DNA of 64,000 bases from Octopus bimaculoides (lineage: Eukaryota): positions 29,489,168-29,553,167 of the forward strand of contig NC_068988.1 of the NCBI RefSeq assembly GCF_001194135.2. Direction: 5' to 3'. Of this stretch, positions 22,710 to 35,637 are shown one piece after another (the stretch's first letter is position 1; each line of letters starts with the position of its first letter). The position numbers and the translations under genes were made by a program. The notes under the pieces are model-generated. The model had not been told where the DNA came from and made no database searches. It worked only from the letters and a program-made list of their open reading frames with translations.

Positions 22710-22885
22710 TTACTCGTTACTTGCTTCAGTCATTCGACTGTGGCCATGATGGGGCACCACCTCGAAGGGTCTTAATCAAACAAATTTACCCCAGTACTTA
22801 TTCTTAAGTCTGGTACTTATTCTATCAGTCTCTTTTACTGAACCATTAAGTTCAATGGAAGTACATAAATCAACTCTAGTTGACA
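22710..22885 (-). mobile_element. SINE family A, 3' half
   Basis: cttcagtcattcgactgtggccatgatggggcaccac...ttattctatcagtctcttttactgaacc. Confidence 0.85.
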
Positions 22886-22941
22886 AGTGGTGGAGGAACA
22901 AACACAAACACTCTCTCTCTCTCTCTCTCACACACACACAG

Positions 22942-22986
<45 letters not shown>

Positions 22987-23049
22987 CTTAAATCTCCTTG
23001 GTAGTCTCTTGTGTCCAAAAAAGACAATTCCACAATTTCATGCTGAACA

Positions 23050-23255
23050 ACCCACACAGATGATTCGTTTATAGTGATCAAATGCTTGTGCTGTACATGA
23101 CCTCACTCACTCCATCAAATCAACAATGCCTGTATAGGTAGCGTTCAAGTGATTGCAGAGCATTACCCAGAGTGCATTACCCAGTCCTGAAACTGGAACC
23201 ATGATCTCACAATCATAAGTGCAACACCCTAACCACTAAGGTCACAATCCCTCAT
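23050..23255 (-). mobile_element. tRNA-derived SINE (family C-like)
   Basis: Reverse-complement head gaccttagtggttagggtgttg...ggttccagtttc. Confidence 0.55.
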
Positions 23256-23269
23256 ATAAATAAATCCAT

Positions 23270-23405
23270 CCCTCCATCCATCTACACAAGGCATTGGCTG
23301 GCCTAGGGCTAAAGTAGTTGAAACTTGCCAAACCAGTGCCATGCAGTAGAACTGAACCTGTAACCATGTGGTTACAAAACAGACTTTTTAACCACACAGT
23401 CATGT
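23270..23405 (-). mobile_element. SINE family A, 5' half
   Basis: acaaggcattggctggcctagggcta...ccatgcagtagaactgaacc...ttttaaccacacag. Confidence 0.75.
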
Positions 23406-23724
23406 TGAAATTTTATAAGGAAATAAATCTACTTTAGTTTGAATTTAATTTATTTCAGTGTGTTAAGAATCTAAAACTCAAATATTGTAAATTAACTGTT
23501 GAATATTGAAAGCTCATCAGAGAGTTCCAAGAAGGTTTTATTGTTTTCTTAATGTTAGGTCCTTAAAGAATAAAAAAAAAGCTTGCCAAAATAATTTTAA
23601 ATACACATTTTTGTTAGGTTTGTTTGAGAAAAATATTTTAATTTTCTTGAAGCATATCAAATTTGATCATATTAGTAGGAGTAGATAACATTGAGAACAC
23701 CCACAAAATAAATAATTTCAAGTA

Positions 23725-24255
23725 CTTGAAGGCTCTTTAGAAGTGGCTGATAGCTTTTGTTATCTTGGTGACCTAATTGGCAGTGGAGGTTGGTGGGTGG
23801 GCAATGTTCTGAAGGTATAGTAGGCAGACTAAGAAGAGAGTGGGATAAAGTTTAGGGAGCTATTGCTTCTGCTGGCATCAATGGGATTCATTTTCTGAAT
23901 GGTGGTGGTGGTGGTTGGTAGAGAGGTTCTATGAGGTTTTTGTACAAAATGTATTGTTGCATCACAGCATAACATTGAATGTAAGGGACGTGCGAAGGTT
24001 GGAAAGAGATTAAGTTAACATGCTCCACTTAATGTGTAATATTATATATATTCTATAAGTACAATACCACCCAGTAGCTCGCTGGATTGTGTCAAACTGT
24101 CCAACCCATACCAGCATTGGAAATGGACGTTAATTGATGATGATGATGATGATGATGATGATAACGATGATGATTATTATGAATGTGAAGCACAAATGAG
24201 CTGAGAGTAAAACTGGAGATAAGAAGAATCAAGTGTAGTGTGCAAAAGAGAAGAC
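23725..24255 (+). mobile_element. Decayed RTE ORF C-terminal fragment interrupted by a family R tail (24080-24178)
   Basis: EGSLEVADSFCYLGDLIG...KFRELL...VRRLER...MLHLMCN and ELRVKLEIRRIKCSVQKRR parallel the 36.2-36.6 kb copy. Confidence 0.75.
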
Positions 24256-24349
24256 GCTGGCAAACAATCTCTATCTCTCCCTCACTCCCTCTCTCTCACA
24301 CACACACAGACATCAACACACAATTTCTCTCTCTCCCTCACACGCATAC

Positions 24350-24574
24350 ACTTTCACTTAACCATGTTAGCAAACTTCAAAATTGGTAAAAGTTATGGTT
24401 GAAAATCGATTTTTACACCTATACACGAGTGCCTCTGAGAGAAAAAGTTGACAAAAATGTAGATAGAGTCATGACGAATGTCCTAAAATTGGAGTGACAT
24501 GCGTGCTAATTTGTGGACGTGCATAAATTACATTTACGTACACACACACACATCCTGCCTTTTATGTATACAGA
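24350..24574 (-). mobile_element. Non-autonomous Helitron-like 5' end
   Basis: Minus strand reads A|TCTGTATACATAAAAGGCAGGATGTGTGTG, a TC start plus microsatellite like the 41497 end; CpG-retaining body; no 3' CTAG end found. Confidence 0.45.
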
Positions 24575-24989
24575 TATGTTTGATCAGAGATGACCTGGTT
24601 TACCACAATTCAATGATGGATCCTCTGCATGATTACTTAAAATGCTACAAATAGCAACCAAATCACCATCTAATCACAATCTATGGCTTTTAAAAAAAAA
24701 AAAAATACATTGTACAATGTTATGTCTATTTTTGAACGGTGCTAACAACAACCTACAGGTGATTGATCTGTTAAAAAATAACAGCTAGAACTCAATCAAA
24801 TCACACACAGCTGTCTTCAAAAGAGAAGGAAGCATTAAGAAGTGTAGTCTCTGATGTAAAAGAAAGACAAATGGTCATGACTGGAAAGCTTTTATCATAG
24901 ATCTACTTAATTAGTGCTGACATGGAGCTAAACAACAACCAAAATAAGAAAGAAGGGTCCTCTCTGTTAGCTATTTTTAAACTTTCCTC

Positions 24990-25270
24990 TATCCTTTTCC
25001 TCCCTCAGCTTGATGTCTTTTGCCATTTGCCTCATTACCCCCATGTCAAAATGGTTGGCTTTTTCATTGTGTTTGACAGTATTGCAGAGCCAGTAACTTA
25101 ACCAGCTCTGTTGCATCTGGGTTGGTTCCAGAAGCAAGTAACCAGTACATAAACCACCTCTCCACTTATGAATACACCATGATGGGAAAGACAAGTCAAT
25201 GTGTTTGCAGTGTCCATGGAACTGCATGGGATGCCAGATATCGGTTAAGTATATCCTTAGGGTCCCTGAT
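24990..25270 (-). mobile_element. Decayed RTE (BovB-like) ORF C-terminus
   Basis: LTDIW, LVFPIMVYS*VERW and LALQYC...GKR resemble the recalled RTE-BovB motifs VFPVVMYGCESW and LKLQYFGH...EGKR; stops present. Confidence 0.4.
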
Positions 25271-27294
25271 ATTCCTGTAGGGTTTTATTCCCTTAACCAT
25301 CTTTTATACACTCAATAAATGAAAAATATCTATTAAATAATTGCCATACATAAAAGCACATGTCGCTGCCAAAATGCCATCTTTAAGAAAGTGTATCTGA
25401 GTTAATTGTCTCATGAAAATAAATTGCTTTCCTGAAAACTCAATACTTTTGCTTCCATAAATCCCCATTTAACATGCTAAGTAACAGTATGTATATCTTC
25501 TTAATCTTAAATACTGAAAATCAAATTCACATTCATGGTAATGTGGCTAACCGTCAGTCTTTAGGTATGGTACAATATTATGTATATTTAAAGACTTCTA
25601 TAAATTCTGTGATAAACTGATAGGTATTTTGTGCACTCAATGCCATCACCATTTGTGGCATACTCCAGAAAGTATTATTGATCACATGTTTCTTTTATTT
25701 ATTCTTTCATTAGTCTCCTATTGAAAATGTTTTAAGGAAAAATTCTCACATTAATCAATATATCCACTCCTTTGCATTCTCTAAGTGGACTATGTCTATG
25801 CACTAAAATGCAAGAAATAATTTATTGTGTTTGAGAGTGAGCTTGTGTCCTTTTGTGGAATCTAAACCTTACTGTCTTACTTTGTCATATAAAATGGAAA
25901 TACTAACTGAATTTGTAGTTGTTTATATTTAGTAGCTTAAAGTAGATTTACATTATTGCTGTATCATTTTTCACTAGTTAGATAATGGCAGATAATATTG
26001 TCACTGTTAATGTGTTATTGTAGGGATTAAAAAAATTAATGTTGTTTCATCTCTTAATTTCCTGTTATGATATATTAAAAATGAATACTTCAAATAAAAA
26101 TTTTGCAAATAAATATTTCCCATGATATTAAATTATGCAAATAAATTTTCCCCATGGCATTAAAATGCTGCATTCTATTTTAGCAATCATTTATTTTTTA
26201 TACTGCAATTTATTAATTTTCTTGTATTTTTATATATATTTTTTATTTTATAATTAGATCAGAAATTATTTATTTATTTTTGTATAAAGCTCCAAGCTGT
26301 TATCAGTTTGTAACATAGCATTTGTTGAGCATGCAGAATCAGACCATGCATGATTGATAATTTTTTCCCAAATTTAATCATCTAAAATTTCTTTAAAATT
26401 TTAAACAATCTGCACTTATATTCTGAATAATATCGTTATATTATTCACAAGCTTGATATTTAAATAATATTCATTTGGATGGAAGCTTCATTTCTGGTTG
26501 TCCATATTTCTATAGCTATTGTTTCATGACACACTCAGATTATTCTGTCAAATTGTTTCTTTCCAGCTGTTTTTTCTTTTCTTTTTATCTGATCCCAAGG
26601 TTTGCTTGTTTTACTTCTGGTCTATTATAACCAACCACAATCAGCTTACAAAAGGTTTTCATTTAGTTCTCTTCCTAAATCTGATCTCATATGCATGCCA
26701 TATATCTTTTCTATATCTAAAATATACAAAGTTTACAAAATCGTACGAGAAGTCTCTTAACAAAAGCCAACAATCTAAACTCTGTCCATGTTAGCCCTTT
26801 CATAAAATATTATTCTTTTCTCTCTTTTTCAATTTGAAAAAATAGTTAGAACATAAGAATCTGACTGCTTTATGTGTTTTGTATAGTATGTCCTGTTTAT
26901 CATGGTGTTCAACTTTCTTGTTTTATTTAAGTTATATTTAGATTACTAATTATCGGATCAGTAAGCTAGTAGAGGCTGTTCTAGCCAGACTATGCACTTT
27001 TCAGATGGTTTGTCTGGGACACTGAAATAAAGAGGCTAAAGGCATTCTTTAAAAGTTTTAGTGTTATTATTATTTTTTTTTTCTTTGTTGAGTATTTTAA
27101 CCTTTTTTTGCAAAGTGGTTTTACAATTGTGGGACTTTAATTGCTAAACTATTGCATAAACATTTTGTTTTTGTATTTGGTTTGCAAGATTCTTGATGTG
27201 AACTCATGTATTGAAACAAATTTTGTTCCATCTTGGGAGGGTCATTATGCCAATAATAAACACATGCACTGGTTCTATTTCACTTTTTTCTATC

Positions 27295-27430
27295 AACGTT
27301 AGTCAATTAGTTAATCATTTAACCAATTAACTGATCAGTTGTTTGATGAACCATTTAGTCAATCAATCATTTAGCTAAATTTGTCAAAGCCCTTTTGTCA
27401 TCATTCACAACCTCATCAATGACATGCCCT
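27295..27430 (-). repeat. Unclassified dispersed repeat G (partner of 10511-10650)
   Basis: Reverse complement reads ggcatgtcattgatgaggttgtgaatgatgacaaaagggctttga... Confidence 0.7.
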
Positions 27431-27719
27431 CTTTACTCCAGGTCTGCTTCGGAAATGTCTGTCTCTTATTGTATTAACAATTCTTTTTATTTCTCACTGT
27501 ATTTCAAGTAAGCTTCAACATGTCTTTATCCAAATGTTGTCAAATCATTTTCCTAAATACCTACATTACTTTCAAGTTCATTTTTTCAGCCTTGTATAAA
27601 AACCAGAACAAACCACAAGACATCAATTATTTTATTTGTGGAGAATGACTACAGGCTGCAAGCAAACCATTTCTTACTTGAAACTTCAAAAAAATTATAC
27701 TTAAAAATTGACCATCCAT

Positions 27720-27920
27720 ATTGGTTTCAAATTTTGGCACAAGGCCAGCAGATTTGTAGAAGGGTGTAAGTCAATTACATTGACTCCCTAAGGCTCAACT
27801 GGTACTTATTTTATTGGTCCTGAAAGGGTGAAAGACAAAGTAGACCTTGGTGGAATTTGAACTCATGAAATGCCACTAAGCATTTTTCCCAGTATGGCAA
27901 TGATTCTGTTGACTTGCTAG
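27720..27920 (-). mobile_element. SINE family B
   Basis: tttcaaattttggcacaaggccagc...ggtacttatttt...ggaatttgaactc. Confidence 0.85.
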
Positions 27921-27959
27921 CTTTTAAATTGACTATTCATATCAACCTCACTTCTTCTC

Positions 27960-28500
27960 AAACACTGTTGGTTTTATGGCTTTACAGTTAACTTATTGAT
28001 ACTGCATAGTCATAGCCACCTGAAACATGCATTATACAACATTTGTTTGGGATATAATCCTTTCTTTATGACAAAAGAAGAATATCTTTGAACAGTATCC
28101 AATCAGGGACTATGCTACAATTCAACAAGCTTTTTACATTCATCATACAACATAATTTAAACACCAATTCAAGTTAATAGTCATCATAGTTTTCAGATCT
28201 CGGTTGATTTATTATGTCAACATTGTAGTATATGTCATTAAGCACAAACTGATTTTTTTGTCGCTGCAATTTTAAGTTCTTTCCATGCCTTTTATATGCA
28301 GGAAGTATGTCCACATAATCCTTTGGTGTTGGTTTGTAGAGATTTGTACTACCCAAACTTGGATTGTGTAGATTTGGCAAATATTTCTTGAACTAAAATA
28401 TTTGTTTAAGCATATAAACCAATAATCCCTTTGATTTCTTCAAATATCTTGCTATCTATGATCCTGCACTTAAGTACAGATCAAGAATACATGGAATCAA
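27960..28500 (-). pseudogene. Probable piggyBac-like transposase fossil
   Basis: IFEEIKGIIGLYA, FKKYL..YKPTPKDY, NQPRSENYDDY*L and SIVPDWILFK..KDYIPNK..VSGGYDY follow the order of recalled piggyBac motifs (IVxQTNLYA; KLPSxRDYW; PNYDKLxK; SIDExMIPFKGR..KQYIPNKP; SGYxY); stops and frameshifts. Confidence 0.55.
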
Positions 28501-28614
28501 TATCTCACTTCTGCAAACATCACATTTTAACTGATTTTTTCTATGGACAGTAAATTAGTTTTAATTACCTTTTGGCTCTTTTTTAATTTTTTGCTTAGCT
28601 TTCAATGAATTAAT

Positions 28615-28830
28615 AGTGGTTTCAAATTTTGGCACTAGGCCAGCATTTTCAGGGGAGAAGTTTAACTCAGTTACATTGACCCCAACTTTAACTGGTACTT
28701 ATTTTGTCGACCCTGAAAGAATGAAAAGCAAAGTTGAACTTGATGGAATTTGAACCTAGAACATAGAGATGGATGAAATACCACTATGCATTTTGTCCAG
28801 TGTGTCAACGATTCTGCCAGCTGACTGTCT
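28615..28830 (-). mobile_element. SINE family B
   Basis: tttcaaattttggcactaggccagc...gtcgaccctgaaagaatgaaa...gattctgccagct. Confidence 0.85.
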
Positions 28831-28873
28831 TTTACAAAGAAATGAATATTTAAACAATAAAAAAATTTTATTG

Positions 28874-29095
28874 AAGTGGCTGTGTGGTAAGTAACTTGCT
28901 TACCAACCACATGCTTGACAACCAATGTTGGTGTGTTTACGTCCCCGTAACTTAGCGGTTTGGCAATAGAGACTGATAGAATAAGTACTGAGCTTACAAA
29001 GAATAAGTCCTGGGGTCGATTTGTTTGATTAGGGGCACTACTCCAGCATGGCTGCAGCCAAATGACTGAAACAAATATAAAAAATAAAAAGAAAA
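28874..29095 (+). mobile_element. SINE family A with internal deletion
   Basis: gtggctgtgtggtaagtaacttgcttaccaaccacat joined directly to the 3' half ...gaataagtcctggggtcgat...gactgaaac. Confidence 0.85.
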
Positions 29096-29324
29096 CAGTA
29101 AATAGAAAATTAATTAGAAATAAAACAATAAAAATAATTCCAAACCCTTAAAATTTTTCTTTAATTTTTAAAAATAAATTTAGTGATGAATATATTTTAG
29201 GCAGTGAACTATCATTAAATATTTTTTAAACTGTCATTATATTGGTATCCCAAATCCCCATATGAACTCAGCATGAGTTGAAATCAGAGTACAGACATAT
29301 TGTAAAGTGTTATAACCAATGTTC

Positions 29325-29371
<47 letters not shown>

Positions 29372-29824
29372 CTTACATACAGATAGAGGGAGAAAGAGAG
29401 TAGGAGAGAGATGACTGCATTGATTTACAGAACATTACATAGGCAGATAGATAGAATGTTGAGATCAATGAAATCAACTGTGTGTGCACGTATGTATATG
29501 TGTGTGTCATACATCATGTTACTCTTATAATAGATGTGTTTATGCTATTATTAATGTAATTAGCAGTGTCGCCTAGCTGTCTCTGTTTGTTTATCCCACA
29601 AAGGGAGATAACTGATTGTATTGGATTTATTTCCCATGAAGTGTAAGATAATCTTATATCTATAATTGTTTAATAGTTAAACGGTATTATTGCTATTTAT
29701 GATATATAATTATTGAAACTACACCAATAAGATATTTGTTATAATTATATTTTCATTTAAAGCATTTATTTTGAAAATTAGTATTCATTTCATTAGTATT
29801 AATTTGCCATGAAACTTGAAATCA

Positions 29825-29978
29825 GTTGCCGTTAGGAAGAGTATCCAGCTGTAGAAACCTTGTCAGATCAGATTGGAGCCTGGTGCAGCCATCTGGTTTG
29901 CCAGTCCTCAATCAAACCGTCCAACCCATGCCAGCATGGAAAGCAGACGTTAAAAAACGATGATGATGATGATGATGG
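29825..29978 (+). mobile_element. Family R 3' end
   Basis: ttaggaagagtatccagctgtagaaacc...ccatgccagcatggaaagcagacgttaaa followed by (GAT)n. Confidence 0.9.
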
Positions 29979-30786
29979 TATATATACATACATTTATACA
30001 CACACACACACACACACTCACATCTATATATCATTATGTGCATTGACACATGAACACACACTCATTTATTTACACAGATATGTATTTTCTAAAGCAGATA
30101 GTCATATTCAGTGATTTGTATAAAAGTATATTATATATAAATCTATTATTATGGTTTACAAAGTTTTCATGGTATTTATTAGTGTCTATTATTCTGGATC
30201 TATTCAAACACTGTTGCAAGTTTCTGTTGGTATTTAAGCTTGTTTTTAATTATTGAATTAATATTTTCTAAGATTTTTCCACTTTTTCTGTAAGTCTTTT
30301 TACATTTTGAAAGAAAAAAAGGCAGAAAACTATTGACTGAAAATCAATGACAAAAAATAATGAAATGGAATAAAGCAAATGAAAAAAGTAAATCAGTGTG
30401 GTTTCAATTCTTGAATAGCATTTTCTAGAAAAAAACAAATTACAAAAGAGACTTATCTATCTCTGTGTTTTATTAGAAATGTAAGTTTGCTTTACTGGGA
30501 TTCAAATTCAGAGCAACCAGGTCGTTGGATTCAATAATATGTTTGCAGTTGCAAATTAAAAGCAATAAGATATAAGTTAATGCTATGAGTATTTTTCATT
30601 TCATTATTCTGTTTGTTAGTTGTGTATTTCAAATGCATTGATTTTTTCTTGTTAATATTAGTATATCTTAAAATATCATTTTGTCTACTTTTATTCATTT
30701 ATCAAGCTATCCTGTTATTTGCTACTTGTTGCTAATCAACTTTCTTTAACTCCCCTTTTGCCTGCTATCAACTATATGACCTCTTA

Positions 30787-31032
30787 CCCCGCCCACTATA
30801 AACTTTGTATGTTCTACCTGCCACTGTCAAAACTTGAAAACTTGTATAGCAATGAGTCACCAGCCTAACACTACATTCTAGCACAGAAGTCCATTTAGTG
30901 TACATAATTCTCAGTGACAGCAAGTGGTTTTAAGTTGTAACAAGCTTTCTTTACCTTATATGATTGTATTTAATATTTATCCTATTCCGGGCTTTTTTTC
31001 ATCCTATTGGAACTTTAAAAGCCGGGGTAAGT
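30787..31032 (+). promoter_or_regulatory. Candidate Pol II promoter and first exon
   Basis: GC box CCCCGCCC 30787-30794, TATAAA 30797-30802, AP-1 site TGAGTCA 30853-30859, donor GG/GTAAGT at 31026/31027. Confidence 0.25.
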
Positions 31033-33983
31033 TTCATTTAAGTAAAGATTAACTGATTGTTGGTAAGACAAAAGGTGTTTTATTCTATAAAATGCAAAGG
31101 CACGTTGTTATCTCTCCCCAAATATTTTACAAATACTTCATTCACTCCAAACTTTCAAACAGGTGTTCATGTGAATTTTTATCTAGATATGTAACTGTTG
31201 TCATAATAGGCACTAAACAATATCATACTATTTATAATTATGTATAAATGTTGCTTAAAGTGTAAAAAAAAAAAAAAAAAGGAGAAATTATCAGATAAAA
31301 GTAAACGATGTTTTATCAATTGCTTTCATAATATAAATTATTCATAGAAATGCTTTTTTTAACTTCAAAACTCATTTAATCAATGATTTCGTAGATAAAT
31401 GCTCTTATGTTTTCACCCAACATTAATGTGGATCTTCATTAAAACTCGTAGATTAATTCAATTGTTGAAAGTGTTTAAATTTTCCATTTATTTTGTTGGC
31501 ATTAATATTTAAAACAAAAGAAAATTCATTTTGGTTTATCTCCGGAGAAAACTTAAAGAAGTAAAATATTTTTTGTATTTTACTTCTGCTTTCTTTCTTT
31601 AGCTTTTGTGTTTTTTGTGGAGAGAAACATCACAATGTATTGTATTCTTAAACTTCTCAAAGCAATTATATGTCAAAATTTAAGTGACAGGTAAACAACT
31701 GAATTTATGAATGGACTTAATTTTGTTAATGTGACAAATGAAAGGCATAAAACAATTGATGAGTATTTAGATTGCAGAGTACATATTTTATCAAAATGCT
31801 GTTATGGTTATAAATACCTTCTTCAGCATGACTAGCTATGTGTGTTTAAATATGTTGCTTAAGCTCTAAGTTATATCATAATCATTAGCATACATGTGAT
31901 ATTGTTCTCACACATCAATATAATTAACAGAGTAATTAGTTATCAATTTTTATAATTTTGGTTGAAATCTGTCAGCTCCCAATGATTATTTTTATCTAAA
32001 AGTTGTCTTGTTTTCTACAACAAAAATCCATTTTACCGGCCTTAAGAGAAACTCTTCATAAATTTTTTAGCTCAACTTTTTAGATTTTCCAAAGGGATTC
32101 TATTTTCATATGTTTTTTATATCTGAAAATATCAATTGCTCAAATGATTGTGCTACATAGCATTTTACTTATCAATACAGTACAACAACAAAATATTATG
32201 TAAAATTTATTCATGTAAGAAATATATCAATCATAATTAATTTCTTATCTAAATTAATAATGCAATTAAGTGATAATGATGATGGCATGCATATTTTTTC
32301 TTCTGCTTATCTATTTGCACATTTGATAGAAATCATTTATTGTATTATCCAAACACTTAAAACAACGATTTATCTTTTCTAAGATGCTTCTGATTTATAC
32401 ACTTCTTTAGTCAATTATGATTTGATTTGTAATCTAATGAGAATTGAAACTGACTTCATTTCATGAAAAATAGTAAAATCTAAAAACTTATATCTTCTTG
32501 TTGCTTATTCTCTAAGAGAAAAAGTTATTATTATCAATCTCAAATAAAATAATGGAACATATACATTTCGGCAGGAGGGATTGATGTAGACTAATTGGAA
32601 TATTAACTAACTTTGAGGCTTGAAGCTTTTATGAGCACAAAAATGTGATTTAAGGCATAATGGTGATTTAATAACAGATCTATATCTTATACAGAATGGT
32701 TTCAGATGGCTATGCATAATTCCTAATGTCTCTTCTACTCAACATACAAAGTTTCTGTGTTTACATATTAAGATTGCGTACCAACAACAAAAAATTACAC
32801 AGTCAAGCTTCATATTGGAACTCCTAGTATAAACATATTTTAGTGATCCAAAAAATTAACATATTTGAAAACAAAGTCTTTCTTTATATTGCATTCTTTC
32901 TACACACTTTAAAATGTATCAACTTTGTTATACATTTTAGGTAGAAACAAAGAAAAGATATGTGCTAGGTGTGTTAATTTTATAAAGCTGTCAGCAAGGT
33001 GCATTTATAAGTAACTCATAGGAAAATCCTTTTTAAAATGTTACCTGTTTGTCTGTCTATCTGTTTATCTGTCTACCTATCTGTGTATCTGTTTGTCTAT
33101 CTATCTGTCTGCCTATCTCTCTATCTATATGTATGTATGTATGCGTAGCCATCCATCCATCCAACTTTTTTACCACTATCGTCATTATCATCATCATCAT
33201 TTCATTGTCATGATTAACTCTCTAGCTCTCTACCACAACTCAGTATTTCTTCTATTACCATCGCTTATTTTCTCTTTTACTCATTTTCTTTCCATACATC
33301 AACTAATGTTCTAAATACCTTCATACAGATACATTCAACCTCTCTTTAAAGTCAATATTTGCTCACTGTGTCAAATTAAACTTCAGTTTTATACAGAAAA
33401 ATCACATTAATACAGACATCATCAAAAAAAAAAAAAACTGCACCTGGTTGTCAAATCTGTTGGAAATAACAACTACATTTTTCTTAAATCAAATTCTCCT
33501 TTCTTTAAATAAGGAAAGAATGCATTGAAGGAAGTAGTCCCAGATATCCCTAAAAAGAAGTGATGGCTATGGCTGGAAAGCCTTTGATTAAAAGTCTGCT
33601 TGAATGGAAAGCTAAACAGCAACAACAACAATAGCTGTCCTTCTCATACTGCAAGAAGGAATATTGTGAGTGATAAAGAAAACTTCTTGTCATGCAAATG
33701 ATAAAATATATGATAACTGCATTGAAGAAAAACAAGAAGCTATAGATATTAAATAACCTAACTGTTAACTTGTTGAGCTCTTTCAATTTCAGAATATCAA
33801 ATACAATGGCTTTTTTTAAAGCTTCAAGTTTTGTTATTTAGAAACTATTTTCAGTTTTCAATTAGTAAAAGCAAACTAAAATAAATTGACTTTTGAAGGA
33901 TTGCTAAGCATTTCCTTGAAGCTCTGATTTCAAGATAAAATTTCTAGTTTGAGCTCCTCTTAAAATATAGCTTTCTAAATGTC

Positions 33984-34031
<48 letters not shown>

Positions 34032-34074
34032 TTATATATATAACAGCATATATATATATATTTATTTATTATTA

Positions 34075-34126
<52 letters not shown>

Positions 34127-34198
34127 NNNNNNNNNNNNNNNNNNNNNNNNNNNNNNNNNNNNNNNNNNNNNNNNNNNNNNNNNNNNNNNNNNNNNNNN
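34127..34198. other. Assembly gap between (ATT)n and (TA)n
   Basis: Ns. Confidence 1.
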
Positions 34199-34237
<39 letters not shown>

Positions 34238-34604
34238 TTTTAGCAATTATAGTTTTGTTTTGCAATTGTATATTTATTTACTATATCTTGAGAAATAATC
34301 AGCTTGATATTCTGAAACTTGAATACAATTTTCTAAGTGAATTCAAATCAAAAGTAAATGTGTATGCGTTTCTGCATAGATATATGAATATTTATAATTT
34401 GCAGAATATCATTTGCTATTTTATGTAGTATCTAATGAAATTAGGAAGTGAATGTCTCCAAGAATGTTTTTCAGCTGATTTGTTTTGTTAAAACTTCTCG
34501 TAACAATTGCCTGATTAAGAGAAAAAAAAAAAAGTTTAGTTATTGTAACAAATGAACAATATTAGGAAATCTGCTGTGTGATCAATTTAAAAGTATGAGT
34601 GCAG

Positions 34605-34775
34605 GCATGACATAGGTACAGGCCTGGCTGAGTGTTAAGAGCTTTGCTTCTCAACCACATGGATTTTTGCTTCAATTCCACTGCATAGTTCCTTGGGCAA
34701 GTGTCTTCTACTATGGCCCCAGGCCAAGCAAAGCTTTGTGAGTAGATTTGGTAGACAGGAACTAAAAGAAAACCA
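34605..34775 (+). mobile_element. SINE family A, 5' half
   Basis: ggctgagtgttaagagctttgc...ccttgggcaagtgtcttctactat. Confidence 0.8.
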
Positions 34776-35139
34776 TTATCAACATCATCATCATCATTTA
34801 ATGTCACTAATCTCTTTAGATTTTTCTAATAAATTTAAGTGTATGTTATAAGAAAATAGGCCCCCAAAACTCAACATATTCTAATCAATGTCTTTTATTT
34901 TACTGATACCTCCTGTAGAAATGTTCATACTTCTATTATTTTATTTGAGCTTGATATGATAAACTGTTTGCTAGAAAACAGGCAAGCAGAAAGTATAATA
35001 TCAACATATTTTGATAGGAAATATTATTTTGCTTTGAGGTTTTTTCAAGTCACTTGCAGCTAAACTAATTTCTAGTTTTACTAAAATATTAGTTACTTAG
35101 CTGATTATTTTTAAAACTGTGTCTCAGTTTACACAAATA

Positions 35140-35515
35140 AGCATGGCTGTGTGGTAACAAAGCTTGCTTCCCAGCCACATGGTTCTGGCTACAGTCTCCA
35201 CTGCATGGCACCTTGGGCAAATGTGTTCTACAATAGCCTCAGGCTGATCAAAACCTTGAGTAGATCCAGTATATATATATATGTGTGTGTGTGTGTTTGT
35301 CTTTGGCCTGTGTTTGTCCCCTACACTGCTTGACAACTGGTGTTAGTGTGTTTATGTCCCCATAACATTAGTGGTTCAGCAAGAGAGACTGATAGCATAA
35401 GTACCAGGCTTAAAGAGAAATAAGTACTGGGGTCAATTCATTTGACTGAATTTCTTGAAGGCAGTGCCCCAGCATGGCCACAGTCTAATGACTGAAACAA
35501 GTAAGAGATAAAAGG
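35140..35515 (+). mobile_element. SINE family A, full length
   Basis: Head, CORE-like block, internal microsatellite and 3' tail present. Confidence 0.85.
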
Positions 35516-35637
35516 TATATGTATACATTCACTTATTCTTTTATTCTTGGTTCTGTTCCTTAGATTATGGTTTTAGTCAAGTCTTATTGACCCCAGAAAC
35601 TATTTCAGCTTGATACTTATTTTATTGGTTGGTGGAT

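Noticed and set aside
25080-25243. Plus-strand exon candidate YCRASNLTSS...HGTAWDARYR
   Set aside because: The minus strand carries RTE C-terminal motifs, so the open plus frame is better explained as antisense to decayed coding sequence.
28174-28380. Terminal exon of a host gene
   Set aside because: Protein-like sequence continues past the stop and matches piggyBac motif order.
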